This document shows, piece after piece, positions 8,812-18,581 of a stretch of 64,000 nt of DNA (positions are counted from its first letter, which is position 1; every line of letters begins with the position of its first letter). Both the position numbers and the translations under genes were made by a program. The notes beneath the pieces were generated by a model, which was not told the origin of the DNA, made no database searches, and worked only from the letters and a program-made list of their open reading frames with translations. This DNA comes from Spirochaetaceae bacterium (GTDB lineage Bacteria > Spirochaetota > Spirochaetia > DSM-2461): positions 1-64,000 of the forward strand of contig JAOPTT010000016.1 in assembly GCA_051531975.1 (NCBI GenBank). The letters are read 5' to 3'.

Positions 8812-9932
8812 ATGCTTTCCTTTAATGGGTTTTGTATAGAGAATCTTTCAGATAACCCATAAATTATCTGCTCTAATGATTCAGGAATTGGACAACCTTT
8901 ATCTTTTCTAAGTTGCCATGCTAGCCATTCTTTTTCTCCAGCAGAATAAATTCTATCTTGACCAGGAGCTTTTTGACTAGCTCTTAAATTACGTACGATA
9001 GAACCTGAAATTGATTTAAATAGCTCTTTTCCCATAAAAAAGTCAGGATTAATAACTATAAAAAAATGACCTAGAGGGTAGGGTTTGGGATTACCATCTT
9101 CGTCTTTACCTGTTAAGTCTTTCATAAACTTCCCATCTTGTAATGCCGAGGACAAAATTTCAACAATGGTTGCATAACCAAATCCTTTATATCCTCCTCC
9201 ATCTTCACCCATACCACCTAATGGAGTTAGAGCAGCTTTTCCCTCAGTTAATTTAGTTAATACGTCCTGACTATCATTTAAAAAGTTGCCTTCTCTATCA
9301 ATTACCCAATTATCAGGAATATCATTTCCTTCTCTAGCATAAACTTCAATTTTACCTCTCTGACTTATACTTGTTGCACAATCTAATACAAATGGAAACT
9401 CTTCATCAGTTGGCACCCCAAATGTTAAAGGATTTGTACCTAGCATGTTTTCAACACCAAAAGTAGGTGCAATACTTGGTCTAGCATTAGTTCCTGTTAT
9501 CCCTATCATACCCTCCTTTATTGCCATTAAAGGGTAATAACCTGCAATTCCATAATGAGTTGAATTTCTAACTGTAACCATTGAAATCCCATATTCTTTA
9601 GCTTTTTTTATTGCTAATTCCATGGCTTTGTAAGAAACTACATGACCTAAACCGTTATTACCATCTAATATTGCAGTACCTTTATTATCTTTAATAATAT
9701 CTATTTGGGTTATAGGATTTAAAATACCTTGATCTATTCTATCGATATAAATTGGCTTTAATCTGCCAATTCCATGAGAATCTATACCGCGTTTGTCAGA
9801 TGTTATTAAAACATCAGTAACTATTTTAGCCTGTTCTACAGGAATACCCATTTTATTTAGACAAGTTGCCATAAAAGTTTCTAATTTATTAAATGATACC
9901 CATTTGCAATTTTTATATTTTTTTAAATCCAT
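8808..9932 (-). CDS. Ldh_2 family (type 2 malate/L-lactate dehydrogenase)
   Basis: DKRGIDSHG, NSTHYGIAG, LGTNPL, GGYKGFG motifs. Confidence 0.9.
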   Translation of the reverse strand: MDLKKYKNCKWVSFNKLETFMATCLNKMGIPVEQAKIVTDVLITSDKRGIDSHGIGRLKPIYIDRIDQGILNPITQIDIIKDNKGTAILDGNNGLGHVVSYKAMELAIKKAKEYGISMVTVRNSTHYGIAGYYPLMAIKEGMIGITGTNARPSIAPTFGVENMLGTNPLTFGVPTDEEFPFVLDCATSISQRGKIEVYAREGNDIPDNWVIDREGNFLNDSQDVLTKLTEGKAALTPLGGMGEDGGGYKGFGYATIVEILSSALQDGKFMKDLTGKDEDGNPKPYPLGHFFIVINPDFFMGKELFKSISGSIVRNLRASQKAPGQDRIYSAGEKEWLAWQLRKDKGCPIPESLEQIIYGLSERFSIQNPLKESI

Positions 9933-9942
9933 GTTAAATCCT

Positions 9943-11424
9943 CTACCCTATAGCTTTATTCATTGCACTTTTCCACTTTTTCATATTATTAGATCTATTA
10001 ACTTCGGACATATTTGGTTTGAATCTTCTATCAGTATGTTTTAATGTTTTTAATTCATCTATATCTTTCCAAAATCCAATATTTAAACCAGCCATATAAC
10101 CAGCCCCAAGAGCTGTAGATTCAGTATTCTGTGGTCTGATAATTTCAACACCTGATAACCCCGCTTGGAACTCCATAAGAAAGTTATTATTGCAAGCACC
10201 ACCATCTACTTTTATTTCATTAATATTTATACCAGAATCATTTTCCATAGTAGTTATTACTTCCATAGATCTAAAAGCAATAGATTCTAGAGCGGCACGA
10301 ACAATGTGAGCTTTTGTTGTTCCTCTAGAAATTCCTGTAATCTCAGCTTTGACTTCACTTTTCCAATAGGGAGTTCCAACGCCCTGAAAAGTTGAAACAA
10401 ACACTACACCATTACAATCTGATACTGAAAGTGCTAATTTTTCACTTTCAGAAGCCTCTTTTATTATACCTAGTTCATCTCGTAGCCATTGGATAACTGC
10501 TCCACCTACAAATACGCTACCTTCAACAGCATAATAGCAGCGACCCTTTATTTTCCAGGCTATAGTTGTAAGTAGTCCATTTTTACTAAAAATTGGTTTT
10601 TTACCTATGTTCATAAGAGTAAAACAACCTGTTCCATATGTATTTTTTATGTCCCCATTATTTGTGCATAGTTGGCCAAAAAGTGCAGATTGTTGGTCAC
10701 CAATTATACTATTTATCGGTATTTCAGCTCCCAATATATTTTTGGAGATATTACCAAAAAAACCACTAGTTTCCATAACTTTTGGTAGAATTGAAATCGG
10801 AATATTAAACAACGATAGTAGTTCTTCATCCCACTTTTGACTATTTATATTATATATCATTGTTCTAGAAGCATTTGAATAATCGGTATAATGACATTTT
10901 TTATCTGTTAGATTCCATAACAGCCAAGAATCAACAGTCCCAAATAATATTTTACCTTCCCTAGCTAGTTTATTTACTCCAGGAACATTATCAAGAATCC
11001 ATTTTATCTTTGTCCCAGAGAAATAAGGGTCTAATATTAATCCAGTTTTATTATGTATTTTATCCGACCAACCATCTATTTCTAAATTCTGGCACATTTC
11101 TTCTCCTCGTCTACATTGCCAAACTATAGCATTGTAAACAGGAACACCCGTTTCCTTATTCCATAGGATTGTGGTTTCTCTTTGGTTTGTTATACCAATT
11201 GATGCAATTTGTTCTGGTTTTAACCCATTACTTTTTATACACTCTTGCAACATTTTAACAATACTCGAATATATCTCTAAAGGGTCCTCTTCTACCCAAC
11301 TTTGCTGAGGATAAATTTGTTTTATTTCTTGCTGACAAATATCTATAATTACACCTTCTTGGTCAATTAAAACAGCTCTAGAGCTGGTTGTTCCCTGATC
11401 TAGGGATATAATATATTTTTCCAT
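9943..11424 (-). CDS. glpK: Glycerol kinase
   Basis: DQGTTSSR, GITNQRET, DPYFSGTK, GDQQSALFGQ, KNTYGTGCF. Confidence 0.95.
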   Translation of the reverse strand: MEKYIISLDQGTTSSRAVLIDQEGVIIDICQQEIKQIYPQQSWVEEDPLEIYSSIVKMLQECIKSNGLKPEQIASIGITNQRETTILWNKETGVPVYNAIVWQCRRGEEMCQNLEIDGWSDKIHNKTGLILDPYFSGTKIKWILDNVPGVNKLAREGKILFGTVDSWLLWNLTDKKCHYTDYSNASRTMIYNINSQKWDEELLSLFNIPISILPKVMETSGFFGNISKNILGAEIPINSIIGDQQSALFGQLCTNNGDIKNTYGTGCFTLMNIGKKPIFSKNGLLTTIAWKIKGRCYYAVEGSVFVGGAVIQWLRDELGIIKEASESEKLALSVSDCNGVVFVSTFQGVGTPYWKSEVKAEITGISRGTTKAHIVRAALESIAFRSMEVITTMENDSGININEIKVDGGACNNNFLMEFQAGLSGVEIIRPQNTESTALGAGYMAGLNIGFWKDIDELKTLKHTDRRFKPNMSEVNRSNNMKKWKSAMNKAIG

Positions 11425-11512
11425 ATTTTTTATTATACATTAAATATCCTTATAGTGAATTTAATTTTTTTCTTGTTGTAAAAATATTGGTTAATACTCT
11501 ATAATTAGTTCA

Positions 11513-13642
11513 ATGAAAAAAATTGAAATAACAAACGGCATTTACTATCTAGAGGTACCAGAAGTCGGACTTCGAATACTTTGTGGTTGCCCAGAAAATA
11601 GTATAAAGTTTATAATGCAAAAAAAATTGACACCATCAGTTAAAGTAAATGACTTTAACTTAGTTGGTGGTCCCAATGCCATTTTGCTTAATGATATTTC
11701 AATAATGAATTCACATTTTCTAAACTTTTCAGAATTCCCTGTACTACATCAACAATACTTCCAAGGTGCTGCCTTTAATGGTTCAAATGAAAAATTTATT
11801 CTCATTGGGAATAAAAATATTGTAAATAATCAGTATGCATATATTAGACGAGGTTTACATGGATTATTAACAAAAGAAGAAGTTGAAGATGTATTACCAT
11901 CGGAAGAAGAAGCAAATAGATTTATTGCTATAGCGAATTTCCATCGTGGAAAAGAAAAAAAATATGACATTATTAACAAAGTAAATATATTAGGTAAAAC
12001 TCATATAAAGGAAGACTTATATCTGGAGAGAAAAGGTTTAAATATTTTCGAATTTACTTATAAAGATGAAAGTATAATTATAGATATAAATCTAGATCCT
12101 ACAGCGAAAGGTGTTGGGCTACCATATAATTTAGATTATAAATTTGTTAAACATGAAGACTTTAGTATCACTACAATAGGTGATGGGAATGGTTGGAATT
12201 CAGAAGTTCCATGTATGGGATCTTTAATAAATGTGAGAGGAAAGAGATATCTAGTTGATTCTGGCCCCGGTTCTTTAGATTTAATTAATCATTTAGGTAT
12301 TGCTCCATCTGAAATCGAAGGTGTTTTTGTGACTCATTCACATGATGATCATTTTGCTGGAATCCTATCATTATTAAATGTTGAAAATAAAATTAAATTC
12401 TTTTCATCGGGTATTGTCATTGCATCTGTTCAGAAGAAATTTTTAGCTCTAATTGATATTGAATTAGATGAACTAAAAAAATATATTGATTTTATAGAAT
12501 TAAAAGAGAGTATATGGACAAATATTGGCGAAATGGAAGTAAAACCTAAATACTCTTTTCACACAATTGAGACCAATGTATTCTACTTTAGAACCAAAAA
12601 TACCGATGGTGAATGGAAGACATATGGTCATATTACAGATATTATTTCAAAAAATGATTTAGAATATATGCTTGATAATGATAAAAGTGGGATTATAACT
12701 AGAGATTGGGCTTATGATTGGTTTAATGGTTATTTGGAAAAATGTGATTTAAAAAGAATTGATGCTGGTGGTGGTGTCGTTCACGGGAATTCTAATGATT
12801 TTAAAGATGATTTATCCACAAAGATTATACTAAGCCACCTAAATCATGACATAGATACTAGTGTAAGTTCCAATTTTTATCCACCAACAGATTTTGGTCA
12901 TACTGAAGTCCTTATTTCATCAAGTAAAAATTATCCATTAATACATGCAGAGGAGATTTTAACAGATTTAGGATGTTTAAAGGCTAGAGAAGAATTTGCT
13001 TGCACTGAAATAGTTATTTATACGCCTGGAGATATCATATCTCATAAAGGTCAAAAAATAAGTGAAATTTTCCTTGTATTATCTGGGCTAGTTGAAGCTA
13101 CTAATTTAGATGGATATAAAAGAAAATATATTAAAGGTGATTTTTTATATACTTTCAATAATGAAAAAAAATCTAATGTAGATTTCATCGCGACCAATTA
13201 TTGTCAAATTATTAAAATTAAACCAAAAAGTTTTTACAATCATATAAAAGATATGAAACTTACAAAAGATTTTTTCTTTCTACGTAGCAGTAGATTTTTT
13301 AGTTATGGATTTTCATTTAAAAAGTTATTGGATTTTTCTAAAAAAATAAATAATGTAAAAGTTAAGAAGGGAGAAACAATCAATCTTGGTGAGTATGATT
13401 ATTACTTTATAGAAAATGGTTCTGTTGAAATATTAGAGAATGATAAACAGATCAGAATTCTAAAAAAGGATGAAATAAATGTTTATCATAAAACGAACCC
13501 TAAATCTACAACAATAGCTATTGATAATTGTGTAATTGGCCTTTTTAAACAGAAAGATGCATATAAATTTACGTCGCTATTATGGTCTGTTTTTGAAGAA
13601 ATGAAGAAGATAGATACTATTGTTGAAACAGGTATAATATAA
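11513..13642 (+). CDS. Metallo-beta-lactamase-fold protein with C-terminal cNMP-binding-like domains
   Basis: THSHDDH (HxHxDH); two C-terminal CRP-like beta-rolls (IFLVLSGLVE, YYFIENGSVEI). Confidence 0.75.
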   Translation: MKKIEITNGIYYLEVPEVGLRILCGCPENSIKFIMQKKLTPSVKVNDFNLVGGPNAILLNDISIMNSHFLNFSEFPVLHQQYFQGAAFNGSNEKFILIGNKNIVNNQYAYIRRGLHGLLTKEEVEDVLPSEEEANRFIAIANFHRGKEKKYDIINKVNILGKTHIKEDLYLERKGLNIFEFTYKDESIIIDINLDPTAKGVGLPYNLDYKFVKHEDFSITTIGDGNGWNSEVPCMGSLINVRGKRYLVDSGPGSLDLINHLGIAPSEIEGVFVTHSHDDHFAGILSLLNVENKIKFFSSGIVIASVQKKFLALIDIELDELKKYIDFIELKESIWTNIGEMEVKPKYSFHTIETNVFYFRTKNTDGEWKTYGHITDIISKNDLEYMLDNDKSGIITRDWAYDWFNGYLEKCDLKRIDAGGGVVHGNSNDFKDDLSTKIILSHLNHDIDTSVSSNFYPPTDFGHTEVLISSSKNYPLIHAEEILTDLGCLKAREEFACTEIVIYTPGDIISHKGQKISEIFLVLSGLVEATNLDGYKRKYIKGDFLYTFNNEKKSNVDFIATNYCQIIKIKPKSFYNHIKDMKLTKDFFFLRSSRFFSYGFSFKKLLDFSKKINNVKVKKGETINLGEYDYYFIENGSVEILENDKQIRILKKDEINVYHKTNPKSTTIAIDNCVIGLFKQKDAYKFTSLLWSVFEEMKKIDTIVETGII

Positions 13643-13654
13643 TATACTCCGACT

Positions 13655-15235
13655 ATGTCACAACTAGAAGATGAAATAAAAAAAAGACTAACATTTGCTA
13701 TTATTAGTCACCCGGATGCTGGTAAAACAACCATAACTGAAAAGTTATTACTTTTTGGTGGTGCTATTCACGCAGCAGGTGCAGTAAAGTCAAATAAAAA
13801 TAATAGAGGTACTGTTTCTGACTTCATGAAAATGGAGCAAGAGCGTGGAATATCTATATCTACCTCAGTAATGGGCTTCGATTATAGAGGCCGAAGAATT
13901 AACTTATTAGACACACCAGGTCATGCTGATTTCTCAGAAGATACTTATCGAACATTAACAGCTGTAGATAGTGCTTTAATGGTTATAGACTCCGTAAAAG
14001 GGGTGGAAGAGAGAACTAGAAAGCTCTGTGAAATTTGTGCAATGAGAGATACCCCAATTATCACATTTTTAAATAAGATGGATAGAGAAGGTAAGGAACC
14101 TATCGAGTTATTAGATGAGGTTGAGTCTGAGCTAAAGATAAATGTATGTCCAATGAGTTGGCCAGTTGGTCAAGGTCGTAATTTTAAAGGTGTTTATAGT
14201 CTATACGAAAATAAATTAGTACTATTTGATCCAAACGGTATTCAGGATTCAGAAAGTACTCAGTTTTCAGATATAAATGATCCGAAGTTAGATGATTTAG
14301 TTGGTTCATCTGCACTAAAATTACGAGAAGATGTTGAACTTATAAGCGAAATATATCCTAAGTTTGATATGGATTCTTACCTTGAAGGAAAAATAACACC
14401 TCTATTTTTTGGTAGTGCAATTAATAACTTTGGGGTTAGAGAATTATTAGATTGTTTTGTGGATATAGCCCCTTCTCCAACATTTCGAGAAACTGATTTA
14501 CGAATTGTAGAAGCTAATGAAAATAACTTTTCTGGTGTAATTTTTAAAATTCATGCAAACTTAGATCCTCGCCATAGAGATAGAATTGCATTCTTAAGGA
14601 TTTGTAGTGGAATTTTTGAAAAAAACAAACAGTATAGTTTGGTTAGAACAGGTAAAAACTATAAAAGTGCTAATCCAACAGCTTTTATGGCTCAAGATCG
14701 AAATATTATTGATAAAGCTTACCCAGGTGATATCATAGGTCTACATGATACAGGAACACTAAAAATAGGGGATACACTTACTACTGGTGAAAAATTTACT
14801 TTTATAGGAATTCCAAGTTTTGCTCCACAAATATTTAGAGCTGTAATTAATACAGACCCACTAAAAGACAAACAATTTAAGAAGGGTCTAAATCAACTAG
14901 GTGAGGAAGGTGTAGTTCAAACTTTTACTAAACTTTCAACAAAGCAAAAACTCGTTGGTGTTGTAGGAGCTCTACAATTAGAAGTTATTAAAGCAAGAAT
15001 GGAAGAAGAGTATAAAGCATCGTGTAAGTTTGAACCCGTTGATTTTACAACAGCATGCTGGATAGATAGTGAAAGTAAAGATGCATTAGATCATTTTATG
15101 TCATATTATGATAGTAAGATGGCTATTGATGTAAGAGGACAATATATATTTCTAGCTCAATCAAAATGGATGTTAGATCGTATTCTTGAAGAACATCCAA
15201 AGATTAAATTCTTTTTCACTTCAGACCTAAAGTAA
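13655..15235 (+). CDS. prfC: Peptide chain release factor 3
   Basis: TFAIISHPDAGKTT, DTPGHADFSEDTYRTL, HRDRIAFLR. Confidence 0.97.
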   Translation: MSQLEDEIKKRLTFAIISHPDAGKTTITEKLLLFGGAIHAAGAVKSNKNNRGTVSDFMKMEQERGISISTSVMGFDYRGRRINLLDTPGHADFSEDTYRTLTAVDSALMVIDSVKGVEERTRKLCEICAMRDTPIITFLNKMDREGKEPIELLDEVESELKINVCPMSWPVGQGRNFKGVYSLYENKLVLFDPNGIQDSESTQFSDINDPKLDDLVGSSALKLREDVELISEIYPKFDMDSYLEGKITPLFFGSAINNFGVRELLDCFVDIAPSPTFRETDLRIVEANENNFSGVIFKIHANLDPRHRDRIAFLRICSGIFEKNKQYSLVRTGKNYKSANPTAFMAQDRNIIDKAYPGDIIGLHDTGTLKIGDTLTTGEKFTFIGIPSFAPQIFRAVINTDPLKDKQFKKGLNQLGEEGVVQTFTKLSTKQKLVGVVGALQLEVIKARMEEEYKASCKFEPVDFTTACWIDSESKDALDHFMSYYDSKMAIDVRGQYIFLAQSKWMLDRILEEHPKIKFFFTSDLK

Positions 15236-15907
15236 AGAGTTTTTATTATTAAATAAGATTTCTGCATCACTTTTTCTTATATATGTAGGTCCTTGATCCT
15301 GTTCATCTGGGCCTACTGTATTAAACTTCTTATGACCTAGTTCTATTAGCGCTTTTCCATATTGTTCATCTGAATATCTTTTTAATATAAATCTTATATC
15401 ACCATTTAAATTATTATAGATTAGATCCGAATCTGGGCCGGTTAATATAATTTCTGTCTCATCTTTTATCAATTGAAGTAAATCAGCTAAATTTACATCT
15501 AAATCTCTAGTTAATTTATTACCTTTTTTATACAAGGACGTATAATAACATTTTTTTCTAGCATCTATAACTGGTAACACTATTGATGTCTCATCTAAAA
15601 ATATATACCCATAAGGGTCGAGAGTAGGTACAGAAACAAGAGGAATATTAAGACCAAGTGAGATTCCTTTTAAAGTTGACATTCCTATCCGAAGACCTGT
15701 AAATGAACCGGGCCCTTTAGTGCAAACCAATAAATCTATATCATCCATTTTAATTTTAGCTCTGTTTAGTAATGTATCAATAATTGGAATAAGTTTTTCA
15801 GAATGTGTAAAACCTTCATCAATAATACTATTAATTATCGAATTATTACATTTTAATGTAACAGAAAGAACTTTTGTAGATGTATCTACTGCTAATATAT
15901 TTTTCAT
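15227..15907 (-). CDS. tsaB: tRNA t6A biosynthesis protein TsaB
   Basis: ILAVDTS, HSEKL, GPGSFTGLRIG, IDARK. Confidence 0.95.
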   Translation of the reverse strand: MKNILAVDTSTKVLSVTLKCNNSIINSIIDEGFTHSEKLIPIIDTLLNRAKIKMDDIDLLVCTKGPGSFTGLRIGMSTLKGISLGLNIPLVSVPTLDPYGYIFLDETSIVLPVIDARKKCYYTSLYKKGNKLTRDLDVNLADLLQLIKDETEIILTGPDSDLIYNNLNGDIRFILKRYSDEQYGKALIELGHKKFNTVGPDEQDQGPTYIRKSDAEILFNNKNSLL

Positions 15908-15910
15908 ACG

Positions 15911-16324
15911 TTATATACCTCTAATTTGTATTTTTCTAGAATCATCAATACAGATCTCAATATCAATAGTTATAATATCTTGGGGAAGCTCTTCAATAAT
16001 ACGCTCACTCCATTCTATAAGTGTTATTCCATTTCCATAAACTAGATGATCAACACCAAGCATCTCAAATTCATCATAATCAGAGATACGATATAAGTCC
16101 ATGTGATATAAAGGAATGTTACCATTGTATTCGCATACAATATTATATGTAGGGCTAGTTACATCTTCAATGATGTCTAGAGCAAGAGCTATACCTTTAG
16201 CTAATACTGTCTTTCCAGAACCTAATTTACCGTTAAGAGCAACTATATTACCAGGTTTTAATAATAACCCAATTTCTTTTCCAAAATTGAGAGATTCATC
16301 AGGAGATTTTGAATATTTAATCAT
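15911..16324 (-). CDS. tsaE: tRNA t6A ATPase TsaE
   Basis: GKLGSGKT, VTSPTY, HMDLYR, IEW. Confidence 0.95.
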   Translation of the reverse strand: MIKYSKSPDESLNFGKEIGLLLKPGNIVALNGKLGSGKTVLAKGIALALDIIEDVTSPTYNIVCEYNGNIPLYHMDLYRISDYDEFEMLGVDHLVYGNGITLIEWSERIIEELPQDIITIDIEICIDDSRKIQIRGI

Positions 16325-16326
16325 CT

Positions 16327-16596
16327 TTAGGGTAGAAGTCCTTCTCTATCATAGTCTTTTATCATTTCTATAAGAACTTTTTTGATTGGAAGTGTAGGAT
16401 ATTCTATATTTTCAAACTCTTCTATACTATATTCTTTACCAGATATAGGAGTTACTTCAATTGCGAACTCTATTTTAATCTTATTAACACTGTTTTGCTG
16501 TAATTCTAATTCTGCAATTGCTGTATATTTATTTCTATAATAAAGAGGAACATCTTTTCTTACTATATCTATAATTTTAATGGCTTTCATTTCCAA
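16327..16596 (-). CDS. Conserved hypothetical protein (spirochaete tsaE-linked)
   Basis: 89 aa in the same strand run; AAGGA upstream. Confidence 0.65.
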   Translation of the reverse strand: MEMKAIKIIDIVRKDVPLYYRNKYTAIAELELQQNSVNKIKIEFAIEVTPISGKEYSIEEFENIEYPTLPIKKVLIEMIKDYDREGLLP

Positions 16597-16615
16597 TCCT
16601 TTAACTTATTATAAT

Positions 16616-17704
16616 TTATCCTAGAGAATAAATAAAGTTATTTATCATATTTAAGTTTTTAGCGCTGGCTCTTGTAAACTTTATATGGGTTATTTTTTTT
16701 CCTTTAGCTATTCGAACTTTAAGTATTTTACCTTGTAATTTTATACTACTACTTCCATCAAGGTCAAAGTCTAATTCAACAATACTATTCTCTAAAAAAG
16801 GTACCTTCATTGTTAATGCACAACCACCACTCGAAATATCTAAAACTTTACCAACTCGGCCACCATTTCTATTTGCTTTAAATAGATAACGTTTATTAGC
16901 TCTATCTATGATTTTTTCTACTGGATAGACATATGTCGATAATGATACATCTACTCTTTGTAATCCCCGAGCAACATTTTGAGTAGTTCTAATTGTATGT
17001 GCAATTATTAATGTATTATATCTACCAACATTTTTAATCCCTAAAGTTTTAGATACAAAATGGGACTCTTTATCATTTGCATCAAATGCAACAATTTTTA
17101 CCCCAGAGCCTTTTTTCCATTTTATCTGATTACCAATTGAATCTGTTGGAACTTTTATACAGAAAAAGTTTTCATAATTACCAAGTACAGAAGTTGTATA
17201 AGATTTTTTATCAGTTCTTTCAATGACAATTCTAGCATCTTGTTTTAATTCATGTGTGCTATGTACTTGTGAACTTTTATGATACTTATCTAAATGATGT
17301 TTAATTCTATACATAGCAATTATCTTACTTTGTTTTTGAATTGGTGAAATTGATTCTTTTTTTACATCTCTAATCGCTTTTCTAAGTAGAGTATTTAAAT
17401 TGGCAGGATGTGTTAATATCATTAAAGGTTTTCTTATATCTGAAACTTTTAAAAGAGTTACTAAAAGTTTTATCTGGTTTTTACTTAAGTTAAGTTCTTT
17501 AGCTTTTTTCTTAAATACCCGTTTATGTTGTTTTAAAGCACCGTTACTACCGGCAACCCTATTCATAATAATTAGTATAAGAAAAAATAAAATTACGCAT
17601 CCTAGTGTAATCAACATTACTTTCGGATCTGTTTTCTGTTTGCTACCTAGTAAGTTTCCAGAAAATCTTAATTTTGATTGTAATAATGGTATTAGATAAA
17701 TCAA
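16616..17704 (-). CDS. Membrane-anchored PilZ-domain protein (YcgR/flagellar-brake-like)
   Basis: N-terminal TM helix; RGLQR (RxxxR) and DISSGG (DxSxxG). Confidence 0.85.
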   Translation of the reverse strand: MIYLIPLLQSKLRFSGNLLGSKQKTDPKVMLITLGCVILFFLILIIMNRVAGSNGALKQHKRVFKKKAKELNLSKNQIKLLVTLLKVSDIRKPLMILTHPANLNTLLRKAIRDVKKESISPIQKQSKIIAMYRIKHHLDKYHKSSQVHSTHELKQDARIVIERTDKKSYTTSVLGNYENFFCIKVPTDSIGNQIKWKKGSGVKIVAFDANDKESHFVSKTLGIKNVGRYNTLIIAHTIRTTQNVARGLQRVDVSLSTYVYPVEKIIDRANKRYLFKANRNGGRVGKVLDISSGGCALTMKVPFLENSIVELDFDLDGSSSIKLQGKILKVRIAKGKKITHIKFTRASAKNLNMINNFIYSLG

Positions 17705-17713
17705 TGTTAACCC

Positions 17714-18580
17714 CTAGCTAAATATTTTTTTTAAAGTTTCAATTCTAGGTGATAACTCATACTCTAATATATCACCAATAAGTACAATATCTTGACTTTC
17801 GTAGCCTTCTAATAATTCAATTAATATCTCATCAAGTCCTTCTGTAAATTCATTTAAATTATTATCATTTACTATTTCATTATTTTTAAGATTAAAATTC
17901 AATAATCTTAGAATTTTATGAAATATATTTGTAAATTTAGTCATAATTATAGCAGCTTTATCCTCTTTACCGGATTGTAGATATGTAGCTACAGACTCTA
18001 ATTCTTCTTTAAATGAAACAAGAACATCAATACTTGTAATTAATTCTTCTTTAGCATTATTATACTCATTTAATCTTTCATTTAATAAAACTATTATATT
18101 CTTAAAATATTGTATCACATATTCTTTATCTACGATTTCTTCTTTACAATTAAAATAGTTATATTTTTCTAAGATCTCAGTTATATTTTTTGAATGAATA
18201 TTTTCTGGTTTTATATTATCTAATGATAATAGGGTAGGTATGTGAGTTATCATAAATGGTATTTCTGTTTTTACTTGTTTCAGTATTACAGAATCCCAGG
18301 TAGTTATTGCTTTGATTAAACGTTCAAAGAAGTATTTAACCCATGATATATTATGAATATTAAGATCTTTAAAACTTAACGTTTCTATATCGATAACATT
18401 TATATCGTCTAAGGATATCTCCAAGTCTTTTAATGAATAATCTTCATTGTTTATATACAGCTTTTCAATTATAAGCTGACTTTCACTTAGCCATGTATTT
18501 AAACTTTCAATAACTTCATTTAATTTTTTTTCATTATCAAGCGAAAAATCAATTCTCTTTTTGTCGATAGTTATAGTCAT
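17714..18580 (-). CDS. Hypothetical protein in the fliD run
   Basis: 288 aa helical ORF directly after fliD; C-terminal DIVLIGDILEYEL. Confidence 0.7.
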   Translation of the reverse strand: MTITIDKKRIDFSLDNEKKLNEVIESLNTWLSESQLIIEKLYINNEDYSLKDLEISLDDINVIDIETLSFKDLNIHNISWVKYFFERLIKAITTWDSVILKQVKTEIPFMITHIPTLLSLDNIKPENIHSKNITEILEKYNYFNCKEEIVDKEYVIQYFKNIIVLLNERLNEYNNAKEELITSIDVLVSFKEELESVATYLQSGKEDKAAIIMTKFTNIFHKILRLLNFNLKNNEIVNDNNLNEFTEGLDEILIELLEGYESQDIVLIGDILEYELSPRIETLKKIFS

Positions 18581-18581
18581 A

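Noticed and set aside
12812..12820. DnaA box TTATCCACA
   Set aside because: Single copy inside a CDS; no box cluster or dnaA nearby.
13655..15235. Programmed frameshift in a release factor gene
   Set aside because: This is RF3 in one continuous frame; the known frameshift belongs to prfB.
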